Below, one piece after another: positions 21,641 through 34,400 of a stretch of DNA of 64,000 nucleotides. The position numbers and the translations under genes are program-made. Source of the stretch: Azolla caroliniana (lineage: Eukaryota; Plantae; Polypodiophyta); assembly GCA_043228905.1 (NCBI GenBank), contig JBHGNT010000010.1, forward strand, positions 10,664,001 through 10,728,000, written 5' to 3'. The stretch's first letter is position 1. The number at the start of each line of letters is the position of its first letter. The notes beneath the pieces were generated by a model that was not told where the DNA came from, searched no databases, and was given only the letters and a program-made list of their open reading frames with translations.

Positions 21641-22373
21641 TGTAAGGATTTGACGCTATCAAATCTTTCGCCTCTCGGCCACAACCGAGACAACACGGAT
21701 CAATGCAGCAAAAAATGGGAAAAAAAGACAAAGACACAGAGAGACGAATACATAGGGTATAACGTGGAAAACCCTAAACGGGAAAAACCACGGGAGTGCA
21801 CGACTCCAACTATCACTATACACTGGAATATACAATGGCGAGCTGCAAGGCGACGACCTTGAGCTCGCTGTCCTCGCCACAGGCGGCGGTATTACACAGA
21901 GGCGTCGACCTCTTCGTTTCTCTCTCTAGCGGTTGCTCTCACTTCGCTCCCTCTGAGTGAAAACAGAAAAATGAGCAACAACATAAACTGTTTGCCCTAA
22001 GTCATATTTATACACATATGACTTTCGGGCTATTTACAAATATAGCCTCAAGGGCTCTTGGCAAACATATTCACAAATATGTCCCCGCATCCGGATCTCC
22101 CTCCGGGTACATTCGTCATCCGGCTCCGTAACCGGGGTCTTCAGCATCCGGCTCCGTAGCCGGGGTATTCATCATCCGGCTCCATAGCCGGGGTCTTCAT
22201 CATCCGGCGTCATCCGGCTCCGTAGCCGGGGTATTCATCATCCGGCTCCGTAGCCGGGGTCTTCATCATCCGGCTCCGTAGCCAGGGTCTTCGTCATCCG
22301 GCTCCGTAACCGCAACCGGGCTTGCCGTCATTCATCTCCGGACATCCCATCCGGAGGGACCGAAATCCCAACA
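21641..22373 (-). repeat. 5' LTR of Copia E (733 bp)
   Basis: Followed on the minus strand by PBS tggtatcagagc. Confidence 0.95.
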
Positions 22374-23112
22374 GTGACCAAGGCGGGCATTTTATAAACC
22401 ACATAATTCAAGAGCTTACTACACACTACACGGTCGTACATAAGAAAAGTACACCGTACAATCCTCAGGCAAACGGATTGGCGGAATCTACTACTAAATT
22501 TTGCAAACAATCCTGAAAAAGATCGTCAATGAGAACCGCACCAACTGGGATGACAAGGTCCAGAGTGCATTATGGGTGTATCGCACCACATTTAAAACTA
22601 GCATTCAATCTACACCCTTTCGGATGGCCTTTGGTCTGGAAGCAATCATGCCGATCGAGTTCCGAGTTCCGAGTCTCCGAGTATAGGTTAAGGAAAGGCT
22701 ACCCGAGGCCCAATCAGAGCAATATCGGCTCGAACAACTCCTTGAACTTGGCAAACACTGAGTGGCCAGCATGGCTCAACTGGAACAACGCAAAGCCTTT
22801 GTCGATCGTCAACGGAAAGGTACGGAGAAAGCACTTACCATCGGCAAACCGGTACTGGTCTTCCAAACACAACTCGGTGCTATGCCGGGGAAATTACGAT
22901 GCCGATGGACAAGCCCCTTCTGGATAATTGACGAGTTTAACGGCACATTCCAACTCACCACACTTGCCGGAGACATCGTCAAAAGCTGGGTAAATGGATT
23001 CCGACTTCGACCTTACCAAGGAAATACTCCAGATAATCCCTTCGCCGAGTCTCACGGCACAGACCAGTTCACGGACGACGCCACGAAGGAGGCCACGTGC
23101 CCCCATCAGTAA
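22374..23112 (+). pseudogene. Element C integrase remnant
   Basis: DQGGHF, PQANGLAES, KLRCRWTSPF, VNGFRLRPY; frameshift and stops. Confidence 0.88.
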
Positions 23113-23631
23113 AATAATGACCTACCCACCAAAATTATATATGAGGAATAGTTTTAGCATTTAAATTAGCCTTACCTAAACTACCTAACAAATCACCCCC
23201 AAATCACGACATTTTTTTCTTTTTAGGCGCACAAACTAGTCACCTTCACATTAAAATAGAATATTTAAGGAACATGCACACCTCACAAGGCATAGCACTC
23301 CTGTGACGCATGGCCATAATACCTTATTATGGCAGCCACAACCAAGAATCTAAAGGATCTTCTCCCTGCACAAAACCCTAGGCAGTCACATAAAAGAAAC
23401 TACCCCACACACAACGCGCCCAATCACACAGAAGTTTTCTTGCCTTCATATCCTTCAAGCTCCCATGCTCTCTCTCTTTCTCATCGCTCCCGCAAACAGG
23501 CCTTCTCTCGCCCTCATAGCCCTTGCACAGAACAACGGTGTCCTCCTCAACAATCTTCCTCCATCTCTCTGTCTCACCCTCGTCTCATCGCTTCTCCCCA
23601 CTCTCCCTGTCAGCAAACCTTCAAGTCCACC

Positions 23632-24575
23632 ATGCCTCTCTCAGCATCGCAGGAAACCCGTTCTTGGCTAGAACAACGAGGATTTGGCGACTACTTACGG
23701 GTCATCGACGCCCCAGCGCACCCTGACGCCCAAGCAATAGCACGCAGAATCCACGCTAACACAGTAACCAACAACATGATTTGCGTTGCTCTGGACCTTA
23801 CACGAGGCGGAGAACATGAAGTCGAGATTCCTCCTCACATGACCCTCAAGGAATACTTTGGGATGTATTCGATGTCAAGAAAAGCTTACCACACTTACGG
23901 AGGAACAAACAAGTCTTTTGGGGAGATCGCCCGAATTTTGATGGAATACGCCTTTGTGCATACAAATCCCACGAGTATGCCACAAAATAAGGTTGCCATC
24001 ATCATCAGAGCGTATGAAGGCAACAAAGTCGATTGGGTAATCATCACTGGCAAAGGAGTCTGTGCAGCATTGGAGTCTTTTCAATCTAGTAAGCGATTAC
24101 TACCTGTGATGAATCATTACCTCACAATCCTCTACCCACCTCCTTCATTTTCCCCTCGTTGCATCATTACCTTTCCACCACCACCACGGAAACAACAGGA
24201 GAAGATTTTGGTGTTAACCTAGGAAGAATGGGAAGACCCCTCGACCTCTCCACCTCCCTCGGCCGTTCAGAATCCTACTCCCACCTCGGCACCACCCCCA
24301 CCAAAAATACAAAAGCAACGGGCGTTACCAGTGACCCGTGTCGAATGGGATGAGGCCGAGGAGCCCATCACTAAGGATGTCTCCATATGACAGAAGACAC
24401 CAAGGACATCGATGCCCTCTCCACAACCGAGCCCACGCCCCACAAACCAGCAGCCCTCGGGCATACACCAACAAAAGAGGAAACAAGCCGAGGAGCCAAC
24501 ACCATAGGCCCCAGACTCACAGGATCAGCTGAAAACGAGACGACACATCAATCACGAGTCGACCACATAATATAA
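23632..24575 (+). pseudogene. Element C extra 3' ORF, homolog of B's, decayed
   Basis: Shared motifs WL..G, YFG.YS...K.Y.T.GG, F.EIAR.L.E, MPQN...II..YEG.KVDW; TAG at 24220, then a Pro-rich tail. Confidence 0.75.
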
Positions 24576-24797
24576 ACTATATAAACCGAGATCTGCATAC
24601 CTCGAGAGGAGGGAGAGATATATAGATTATTTAGCAGGATTAATATCGTAGCACGGAGCTTTGCACAAAACTGTTTCCGACCGAGAGTCGTTCCCCTAAC
24701 ATATTCTCGGTGTAGAAGAAGCCTCCACGTAACACGACCCCTTGATATCGATAACCTATGGGCTCATCAAAGGTGTTTCCTCCAAAAATGGTTAACA

Positions 24798-26080
24798 CCT
24801 TCGTGTTGGTCGCGAAGATGACGACCGTTTGTGTCTTGCTTGTGGTGGCAGCGGCGAAGGGGTGGCATCTACATCAAATGGATGTGAAAAATGTGTTCCT
24901 ACAAGGTGATCTTGAGGAACAGGTATATATGGTCCAGCCCCAGTATTTTAGTCTGGAATGAACACGTCGGTCGTTTGCCAACTGAAGAAGTCCCTTTACT
25001 GACTCAAGCAAGCCCCGTGTGCCTAGAACGCGAAAATCTTGCAACAACTGCACCGGATGGGGTTTACCGTGTCGAAGTTCAACTCTTCACTTTTCATCCG
25101 GCGTGGTTGGAATGGGTCGATAAGCATTTTTCTTTATGTTGATGATTTAGTCATCTCTGGTGCCAACCTGGACAAAATCGACCGCATCAAATCCGAACTC
25201 GCGGCATCGTTTGACATGAAGGATCTTGGGAACCTTCATTACTTCCTCGGGATCGAATGCACCCCAGAAGGCATACTGATCAGTCAACGCCACTATGTGT
25301 TGAGTATGCTCTTCAAATTCTATATGATGGCATGCAAGTCCATCTCAACTCCTCTGGATAGGAATGTGAAGCTCCGCCCTGACTCCGGAATGGCATGCGA
25401 CCCGAAATGATTCTGACAAATAGTCGGAAGCCTCATATATCTGACCATCACCTGGTCGGACCTCAGTTATTTGATCGGACTGATTAGTCAATTCATGGCA
25501 CATCCAACTTGGAGCACTTTCAATGCGTGCACCGAATACTCAAGTACGTCAGCGACACTAAGGACAGGGGGTTGATGTATCTGACTGGTGTAGCCGGATA
25601 GCTTGTCAACTACAAAGATGTCGTTTGGGCCAAAAATGCCAACGATCGTAGGTCTACATCCAGATATGCGTTTTCACTTGGAAACGTCGTGGTCGCCTGG
25701 AGCAGTAAGAGGCAGCCAACAATAGCATTGTCGAGCACCGAGGCCTAGTACTGAGGAGTAGTTTTCATGGCATGCAAAGCCATATGGCTCAAGAGGCTCC
25801 TAAAGGATCTACAGTTGGGGGTGTCTGATCTGACAACGATCTATTGTGACAACCTCAGTAGCATCCAACTGGCGAAGTACCCTGGTTTCACACCCGAACC
25901 AAGCACATTGAGGTGCATTACCATTTTGTCCATGAGCATGTCCTCTCCGGTGAAGTGAAACTTGTGTATGTTCCGACGGATCGGCAAACTGTCGACATCT
26001 TCAGCAAACCTCTCGGCCTGGACAAGTTGCAGTATTTTTCGGAGATGCTTGGTCTTCAGCATCTCAACATGCCACACTAA
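24798..26080 (+). pseudogene. Copia H RT/RNase H remnant
   Basis: [45 protein letters not shown]; many stops and frameshifts. Confidence 0.9.
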
Positions 26081-26870
26081 AGGGGGAGAAAGGAGGACAA
26101 GGAGGAAACCGGAACCGGAACTGAAAAGTCAGGTAATGGCACCGGACAAGCAGTCGGAGAGAAGGAAACAACCCAAACAAGGGGAGACAAGAAGAAAAAT
26201 GGAGCCGAGTCGACTGAAGAAGTCAGCAGATCCGAACAAGTCGAAACAAGCGGCGACAGCGGCGGAGTCAAGAAGGACAGAGCCGATTGGAGGAAGAAGA
26301 CCAAGACCCAGACGTGGTTCGACGTGGTGAAGGGCCTGAAGGGTGAAGAAGAATTAGAGACAACCAATTCGAACAAGAGCTGGAACGAATCGAAGGCACC
26401 TGATTCGGAAGAGGTGTTTGATTTGGAGGAGCCGAATCAACTAAACGCCAAACGGACTAGGAGGCAGTGGAAGTCGACACCGACATGGAGGAACCGATAG
26501 GTCGAGAAGCGCCGGAGTCGCAACAGCGAAGGAGCTGAGATGGGCCTTATGAGTAGACAAGCCGACCTAGAAGTTCGAGGTGCACACGACCAGACGGGTC
26601 GTGGAAAGCGGGACCGGACATGCCGAGGAGCGCAAGCAAGGCGGGAAGACGCTAGGAGGAGCCGGAGGGAAGGACCGACAAACACTGACACCACGATCCG
26701 ACCTCAAGTTGAGCTTGAGGGGGAGTGTTGAGTAGACAAGCTCAACCGGATCCGGATTGGCTAAATAAGCTAGAGCCGGATCGGTATCCGGAACGGAGAA
26801 CCGGAACCAAGAGACGAATCAGATTGTAACCAGTAGGCCATTAGAAGTTTACAATCTTAGCCTAGCACGT

Positions 26871-27662
26871 TGTCGAGATACTACGCAAGTGCGTGTGGAA
26901 ACGAGGCGGGACTGCGGGGGTCTCGAACCAAAGAGCAAGCGAGGGAGGAGAAAGAGAGAGAACCGGCTACGCAGGACCGGGGATACACAGGGACACGGCC
27001 CTTCAGCACGGAAAACGCGAACAGACACCGACACAGACAGATGCGAATGACTAAATATGTATATTAACAGAAATGGCTAACACGACTACAACCCTCGACG
27101 GGGCACAGGTTGCTTACAACCGAACAGGCCGGCGAACATATGCCGATGCCTGCTCGCTTCGACGCACAAAAGGGGTAGCAAGTCGGAGGTGCTGCCGGAA
27201 GCTCTCGGGCGTTCCTCGAAACAGCGCGAGCCTCCTCGGAACCCTGCACAGAAGCTATGGAGCTCAAGAAGGAAGGAAACAGAGAGAGAAGCGTCCAGAA
27301 ACGGTCCGACAGCACTTCGTCCTCTCTGCCCGAGATCCCCCCCCCCGCAACAGCTCTTTCCTGCTCCTTATATATATCCGTCGAGCAGGCCGTCATGTCA
27401 GCTTTATTCCCTGTGCCCCTTTGGACAGGGATCCGCTCCGTTCTTCACGCATCCGCGTAGTTACGCCGCCGACTCGTACAGTTCGCGCGCGTGACCGAAA
27501 GGACTGTTCGCGCGGTCTTTGTCTCCACTCGTGTTAGGGCCCGTTCCTGCCGGTTATCCTCCTAATTCGCTTCTATGTACAACTTGAAACGTGCGCGCGT
27601 GAAGAACCGGTTCCCACGCCTCGGTGCGCCGATTCCGCTTAGGGACGGTTTTCTTCACGATA
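26871..27662 (-). repeat. 3' LTR of D (initial TG mutated to TA)
   Basis: Direct repeat of 38735-39526. Confidence 0.95.
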
Positions 27663-27733
27663 TCCGCCCCCACCTAACCGCGCATCCTCCGGTATGCGCC
27701 AAGAGAGTTGGGACGGAGAAAACCGGCCCGTCT

Positions 27734-30700
27734 TCATTCCTCGCCCGTCGGTTCCTCCTCGTCTTCGGATCGTTCGTCACTGCTGACTAGGAGAGCCGGG
27801 TCTGACTCGTCGTTGTGTCGCTTCTTGAACGCTTTGATCCGCTTCCCTGCAACCGGTATCGCCATTCTCGTGCCGTCGAGTTCCGCCAGGTGATACGTCC
27901 CGTTGTCATTGGCGCTCCGTACCGCATAAGGCCCGAACCACCTTCGTGCGAACTTCCGTGTAGCTCGGTGCTGGTTGTCGAGGCTGCTGTCGTAGACGAG
28001 CACCCAGTCACCTTCTTCGATTTTCTTCGGTCGGAGCCGGTGCGTTCGGTCGAACCTGGCTTTGTTCTTTGCCCTCGCCACCCGGAGCTTCTCCGCAGCT
28101 AGTTCCACGTCCTCCGGTCTCCGCTCGAGCTGTCGTATACGCGCGGCCAACAACTCCTCCCGGCTCAGCTCGTCCCTCCAGTCGACCGTTGCCCACGAGG
28201 AGATCGTCCGTTCCATCGGCATGATCGGCTTCTGGCCGAACATGAGCTCCGTCGGCATGTACCCGGTTACCGAACTGTGCGTGGTCCGGTCTGCCCACAA
28301 AGCGTAAGGTAGCAGCCGCGGCCAGTTACCGACTTGGCCTCCGCATGCCCGAACCAACGCCTTGACGATCGGCCCGTGTCCGCGCTCCACCTTTCCATTC
28401 GCCTCCGGATTGTACGCAGTGGTGAGCGAGAGCTTGACTCCGAGCCGGTCGAACAGCTCCACGGCTTCTTCGGCGTCCAACTCCCCTCGATCAGCCACGA
28501 TCTTCCCGACGCACCCGTACCGGCATATCACGTCCTCGATTAGGAACCGACATACGGCCGCGGTCGTTTTGTTCGGAAGGGCTCGGCCTTCCACCTGGTT
28601 CGTCAGATCCTCCCGTGCTAGGACCAGGTACCGCATCTGTCCTACCCCCATTGGCATCGTCACCAGATCTACCATCCATTTGAAGTGGATGGTCGGAGGG
28701 TACGTAGGGTGAAGCTCATCCCGGTGTCGGACCACGGAGTGCATCTGACAGCTCTCGCAAGTTGTCACGAACCGATGCACGTCCCGGTATAGTCCCGGCC
28801 ACCAGTACTTCTCCTTTATCTTCTCGAACGTGGCCCAAGTTCCACGGTGTCCGGCCCAAGGGCTGTCGTGGTAGGCCGTCAGCAGCTCCTCCCGTTCTTC
28901 CTTCATCGCCACCACCCGGAGCGGAGCGCCGTCCCTCTTCTTCGGGTGCTTCCATAGATAGCCATTCCGGAGAAAGAACCGGTACGCTTTCTTCCGGATC
29001 CGGTTGGCCTCGTCCTTCGTCCATGACGCATCTGGCGCCATTGTCCTCAAGAACCCGCCGATCTGCAGCCACTCCCCGTCGTACTTGCTCGCGTCGAAGT
29101 CGTTAAGCGCCGGAGTGCTCGCCCCACCGGTTGTTACGTATGCTGCCTCGAAGAAGTCCACGCCGACCTCTTCGTCTTCCGAAACCATGCCGCCCTCGTC
29201 ATCGAATCTCGCCCTTGAAAGCATGTCGGCCATGGCGTTGTCTTTCCCGGAAATGTGTCGTATTTCCGGGTCCAGGGACTTGATGTACGCTATCCACCTG
29301 AGCATTGCCAGGTCCGGCGTCGCGCATCCGGAAACCATGCCGAGAATCGGCATGCAATCCGTCTCTATGATTACCTCTGTCCCGATCAGATAGTCCTTGT
29401 CGGCCTTTACCGCCGAAACGATACCCCAGAGTTCGCGTTTAACCTGGGCGTATCCCCGCTGCCGCTCACTGAGGACCTTCGCGCCGAATCGGATCGGAAA
29501 CCGATTGCCGTCCTCGTCTTCTTGGTTGACGACCCACCCGATTCCGGTCGGACTCGTGTCAACCGTCATGTACACTGGGGTGCCCTTCCTGTAGACGGCC
29601 TTTCGGAGCGCCGGTGCTGCCGAAAGAGCCTCCTTCAGCTTCCGGACCGACTCCGTGTGCTTGTCTAGCCATTCGAATCTTCGCCCTTTTTTCAATAATC
29701 CGTACAGTGGCTCCGCGACGTGCGCGTAATGCGGGATCCATATGTGGTAGAAGGCGCATGCTCCCAAGAATCTTCGTACTTCCGTGACCGAGCTGCAGTC
29801 AGGCTTCATCGCGGAGATGGCTTCTATCTTTGCCGGAGACGGTTTCCGGCCATATGGTCCGCATAAATGTCCGACCACCATGATTTCCGACTGCCCGAAG
29901 GCTGACTTCTCCCCCGAGAAGGTGAGCCTCGCATCCTCTAGCCTTTGCAGCACCTTCTCGCAGTCGTCGATGTGCGTCACCACGAATCGCCGGCATCCGT
30001 CCGGCCCGATCGTCTCGTCCTTCTCTTCTACCGGGCATCCCTTGATCGGGATGTCGTCTAGAAACGGCATGGTGATGTCTGGGATGCAGTCCCTCAGCAC
30101 CTTGTTCATTGCATTCACCATGTGGGCCACCGAGTTGGTCCCTCCTTGCGGCAGCGTACACATCCGCACTAGGCCGAGGGGAGTTCGCATCGTCGTAATG
30201 TCTCTGCTCTCCACGGCTAGCTGGAACTGGTCGTACCCTGAGTATAGATCACCGACCGAGTAAATCGACCTTCCGGCGAAGGCCTCCGCGAACTCGTCTA
30301 TGGTCGGTCCGATCCCTGCGTTCCGAATGGTCACCCTATTGACCGGTTGCAGGTCCTGAATGAAGCGCAATGATCCGTTTTTCTTTGGTACGGTAAACCA
30401 TCGGTTTCAATACGGGGCGCTCGACGGCTCGAGAATGCCCATATCAACTTTCTGCTTCAACAGCTCCATCAACTTCGGGATGTGAGCTCTCGGAACCGGA
30501 ATTGGCTTGAGATTCCACGGTACATGCGGTACCGTGAATATCACCATCGGCTCTACAATCGTCGGGTCTACGCACCCGATTTCCCCCGGTGAGAACGCGA
30601 AGGCTTTCCCGTGCCTTCCGAGCATCCTCCGAAACCGGTCTTCCTCCATCGGCAGTAGGAACCCGCCCCCACCGATCTTCAGCTCGCGGAGCGTCTCGTT

Positions 30701-30838
30701 GGTGAAGGTGTGTCCTATGCAGGCCGGATCTCGTAAGCTGGGGTCCGATGCAACCCCTTTGATTCGGGATTCGCTGCCCTCCGGTAAGGGCGCCGCAACT
30801 GGCCTCACCTTCCGGTCCACAGTCTTGTACTTGGTGCC
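27734..30838 (-). pseudogene. pol: Element D pol (RT-RH-INT), with a nonsense codon and split from its N-terminus by F
   Basis: 878-aa ORF near-identical to A pol; TCA>TGA at 30407-30409 (A has Ser); N-terminal linker at 36190-36567. Confidence 0.92.
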
Positions 30839-31453
30839 TGTTGGGATTACGGTCCCTTCTCATGGGATGGTCGGATATCGGAGATGAATGCCGACAAGCC
30901 CGGTTTCGGTTTCGGATCCGGATGACGAAGACCCCGGTTTCGGTACCGGATGACGAATGTACCCGGAGAGCGATCCGGATGCAGGGACATATCCGTGGAT
31001 ATGTTCGCTATGGGCCCCTGAGGCTACAGTTGTAAATAGCCCAAAGTCATATAAGTATAAATATGACTTAGGGCAAACAGTTTTGTTGTTGCTTCTCATT
31101 TTTCTGTTTTTCCACTCAAGAGGAGTGAAGTGTAAGCAGCCGTGAGAGAGAGAGAGAGAGAGATAGAGCGCGAGAGAGGAAGAGGTAGACGCCTCTGTGT
31201 ATTTCCGCCGCCTGTGGCGAGGACAGCGAGCTCAAGGTCGTCGCCTTGCAGCTCGCCATTGTATACTTCTCTGTATAGTGTTGGGTTGGAGTCTTGTACT
31301 CCCGTGGTTTTTCCCGTCTGGGTTTTCCACGTTAATCCCTGTGTACTCGCGTTTTTGTTTTTTTCGTGTGGTTCCTATTTTCTGCTGCATTGATCCGCGA
31401 TTACTCGGTTGTGGCCGAGAGAAGAAGGTGAATCGAAGCGTTGATTCTCGACA
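30839..31453 (+). repeat. 5' LTR of F
   Basis: TGTTGG...CGACA followed by the PBS. Confidence 0.96.
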
Positions 31454-31482
31454 AACTGGTATCAGAGCGACTGTTTCAGAAA

Positions 31483-34400
31483 ATGGAAGGCGGCGGCAGC
31501 GGGCAGCCGGGGATGATGGTGCTGAATGCACAGAATTACGCCGACTGGAAGATCAAGATGGAGGATCTTCTGATTGTTCAGGACCTGTACGAACCGATTG
31601 ACAGGTCGGAAATACCGAAGGGGGTACTTGAGTCGGAGTGGAAGCTCCTGAACCGGAAAGCCGTAGCGACGATCCGACAATATGTCGATGTAAGCGTCCT
31701 ACAACATGTGGCGAACGACACCAACGCATATGAGATGTGGAAGAAGCTGTCGGGCCTCTACGAGAGGAAGAATGCGTTGAACCGGACCTCCCTGATGAGG
31801 AAGATAGTGAACCTCAAGTACCGGGACGGCGAGAGTATGGTTGAACACGTAAGCACGTTCATGGGATTCGTGAACCAGCTTGCGGCGATTAAGTTCCCGT
31901 TGGAGGATGCAATGCAAGCCATCATCCTGATGTGTACATTGCCAGAAAGCTGGGAGAACTTGGTGGTGACTCTCAGCACCTCCTGCACCGAAGATAACTT
32001 GTCCTTACAAACGGTAAAGACAAGTATTTTGAATGAAGAAGCGCGTCGGAGAGATAAGGAACCGGCCTCCGACCCGAAGATGTTGTTTACCGAATCGGAT
32101 CGGGAAAGACAATGGAACCGGAGTCCGCAAAGACGGGAGAAGTCGGGGACCCGGTCGCAGTCAAGAGGAAGGCCCACATGCTTCCACTGTGGGAAGCCGG
32201 GGCACTTCCGAAAGAATTGTCGGCATTACCGAAAAGACAATGGAACCGACAACACCGATTCGAAGAAGTCACCGGAGAGAAACGGTGCATACCGGGGAGC
32301 CACGGACCGGAATGGTTCGGATCGGCGAGGACAGGACCGGAAAGGAACGACGGCACTCGCGGCAAGTGAAGAGGAGATCATGCTCATCACCGAAGAAGGT
32401 GAACTAAACATTGCCGGCGATGAGACGACCTGGGTGGTCGATTCCGGAGCATCGTTCCACCTGACCCCGGAGAGAAGATACTTCTCATCCTACACAGCCG
32501 GCGAGCATGGCTGTGTTCGGATGGGAAACGAAGGTACGTGCCGGATTGCCGGCATAGGAGACGTGTGGTTTACAACCCCGACCGGATGCAAAATGCTGCT
32601 GAAGAATGTCCGACACGTTCCGGAGGTCCGACTGAACCTGATTTCGGCCGGGAGGCTAGATGATGAAGGCTACACAGGTAGCATCCGGAACGGTGTCATG
32701 AAGTTCAGCAAGGGGAGCTTGATAGTGGCTCGGGCCCGGAAGGTCAACACACTGTACCTGATGAATGCCCGGTTATGTCCGGAAGAGCTGAATGTGGCAG
32801 CCGACACTGCCGGTGAGCTATGGCACAAAAGACTGTGCCACATGACTGAGAAGGGGATGAAGAGGCTTGCAGAAGACAACCTTATTCCGGTGAAGCATGT
32901 GCACCTGGAGAAGTGCACCGACTGCCTGGCCGGTAAGCAGAACCGAACCTCCTTCCACTCAAGGCCACCGACGAGATGTAGCGCACCATTGGAGTTGGTG
33001 CACACCGACGTGTGTCAGGTAGAAACGAAGTCACATGGCGGAGCCCAGTACTTCGTAACTTTCATAGATGATCACAGCCGAAGACTGTGGACGGCACCGT
33101 TGAAGACAAAGGACCAAGTGTTGTGCGTCTTCAAAGAACTCCACGCGAGAGTGGAAAGGGAATCCGGCAAGAAGCTGAAAGCGATACGAGCGGATAACGG
33201 AGGGGAATACCGGGGGCAGTTCCAGGAGTACTGTCGCTCGAAGGGAATCCGGCTCGAGTTTACTGTGCCGAAGACGCCGGAACTGAACGGGCTGGCCGAG
33301 AGGATGAACCGGACCATAATGGAGAGGGTTCGGAGTATGCTGGCGCATGCGAAATTACCCAAGGGGTTTTGGGCTGAGGCAATGTCGACGGCGACATATG
33401 TGATAAACCAATCACCCTCAGTACCTTTGGACGGAGACACGCCGCAGAGAGTGTGGACCGGTAGGGAAGTATCCTACCGGCATCTGAAGGTGTTCGGGTG
33501 TCTCGCATACGTGCACGTGGCGAAGGACCGGAGAGGAAAGCTAGATCCGAAGACCCGGCCATGCATATTCCTCGGTTACGGCAACGACGAGTTTGGCTAC
33601 CGAGTATGGGACCCGGTCGACAAGAAGATATTCAGGAGTCGAGATATCGTCTTTATGGAGGACAAGACACTCGCCAACTGGGAGTCGGAGAAGAAGATGA
33701 AGAGCTCCAAGTCGACCGGTGAGGATAAACTCTACGAGGAGCAGTCCCGACCGGCAAGGGACCGGTTAGCACTCGAGGACCCGGCCGAAGACGGTGAAGA
33801 AACAGAACCGGCCGAAGAAGATGAAAATGATACCGGAACCGGCCCCGATCCCGAAATGAATTCGGATGAAGAAGAAGAATCGGAAGAACCGGTTACTGAA
33901 GCTCCGAAACGGAGATACCCTCAAAGAGAGAGAAGGGCCCCCCGGAGATTTCCGGAACCAGAGCACGTGTTGCTAACCGACGAGGGGGAGCCAGAGAGCT
34001 TTGAGGAAGCGAAGCATGACACCCAGAGCCGCAGGTGGTTGAGTGCCATGCAGGACGAGATGGATTCCCTGCATGAGAACCACACATATGAACTTGTGGA
34101 GTTGCCGAAAGGAAAGCGGGCACTTCGAAACAAGTGGGTGTTCAAGCTGAAACCGGGAGATGCCGGAAAACCCCCGAGATACAAAGCCAGGATCGTGGTG
34201 AAGGGGTTTCAGCAGAAGAAGGGCGTCGACTTCGACGAGATATTTGCCCCGGTAGTGAAGATGACCTCCATCCGGACGGTGCTGAGCATAGCGGCAAGCA
34301 TGGACCTCGAGGTAGAACAGATGGACGTGAAGACGGCATTCCTTCACGGCGACCTCGATGAAGAGATCTACATGCAGCAACCGGAAGGATTCGAGAAGAA

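Larger units (their letters stand above)
9308..22373 (-). mobile_element. Element E: Ty1/Copia, Tork (Tnt1-like) lineage, full length, interrupted by Gypsy G
   Basis: LTRs 21641-22373 (5') and 9308-10058 (3'); TSD GTGAC at 9303-9307 and 22374-22378; tRNA-iMet PBS 21626-21637; PPT 10059-10071; ~7 substitutions plus an 18-bp indel between LTRs. Confidence 0.97.
9225..24797 (+). mobile_element. Element C (3' part): same lineage as B, split by Copia E; inserted into the RT of Copia H
   Basis: Integrase 9225-9307 continues at 22374 across TSD GTGAC (ELISD|QGGHF); extra ORF; PPT-like gagaggagggagaga 24604-24618; putative short LTR 24619-24797 ending ttaaca. Confidence 0.8.

Noticed and set aside
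1-30417. Large inverted repeat (A versus D, E versus F) as a segmental duplication
   Set aside because: D, E and F each have their own TSD and A has a different flank, so these are independent insertions
31441-31482. TTG start giving a 1372-aa polyprotein
   Set aside because: Lies in the LTR/PBS; homolog E starts at the ATG of MEGGGSG
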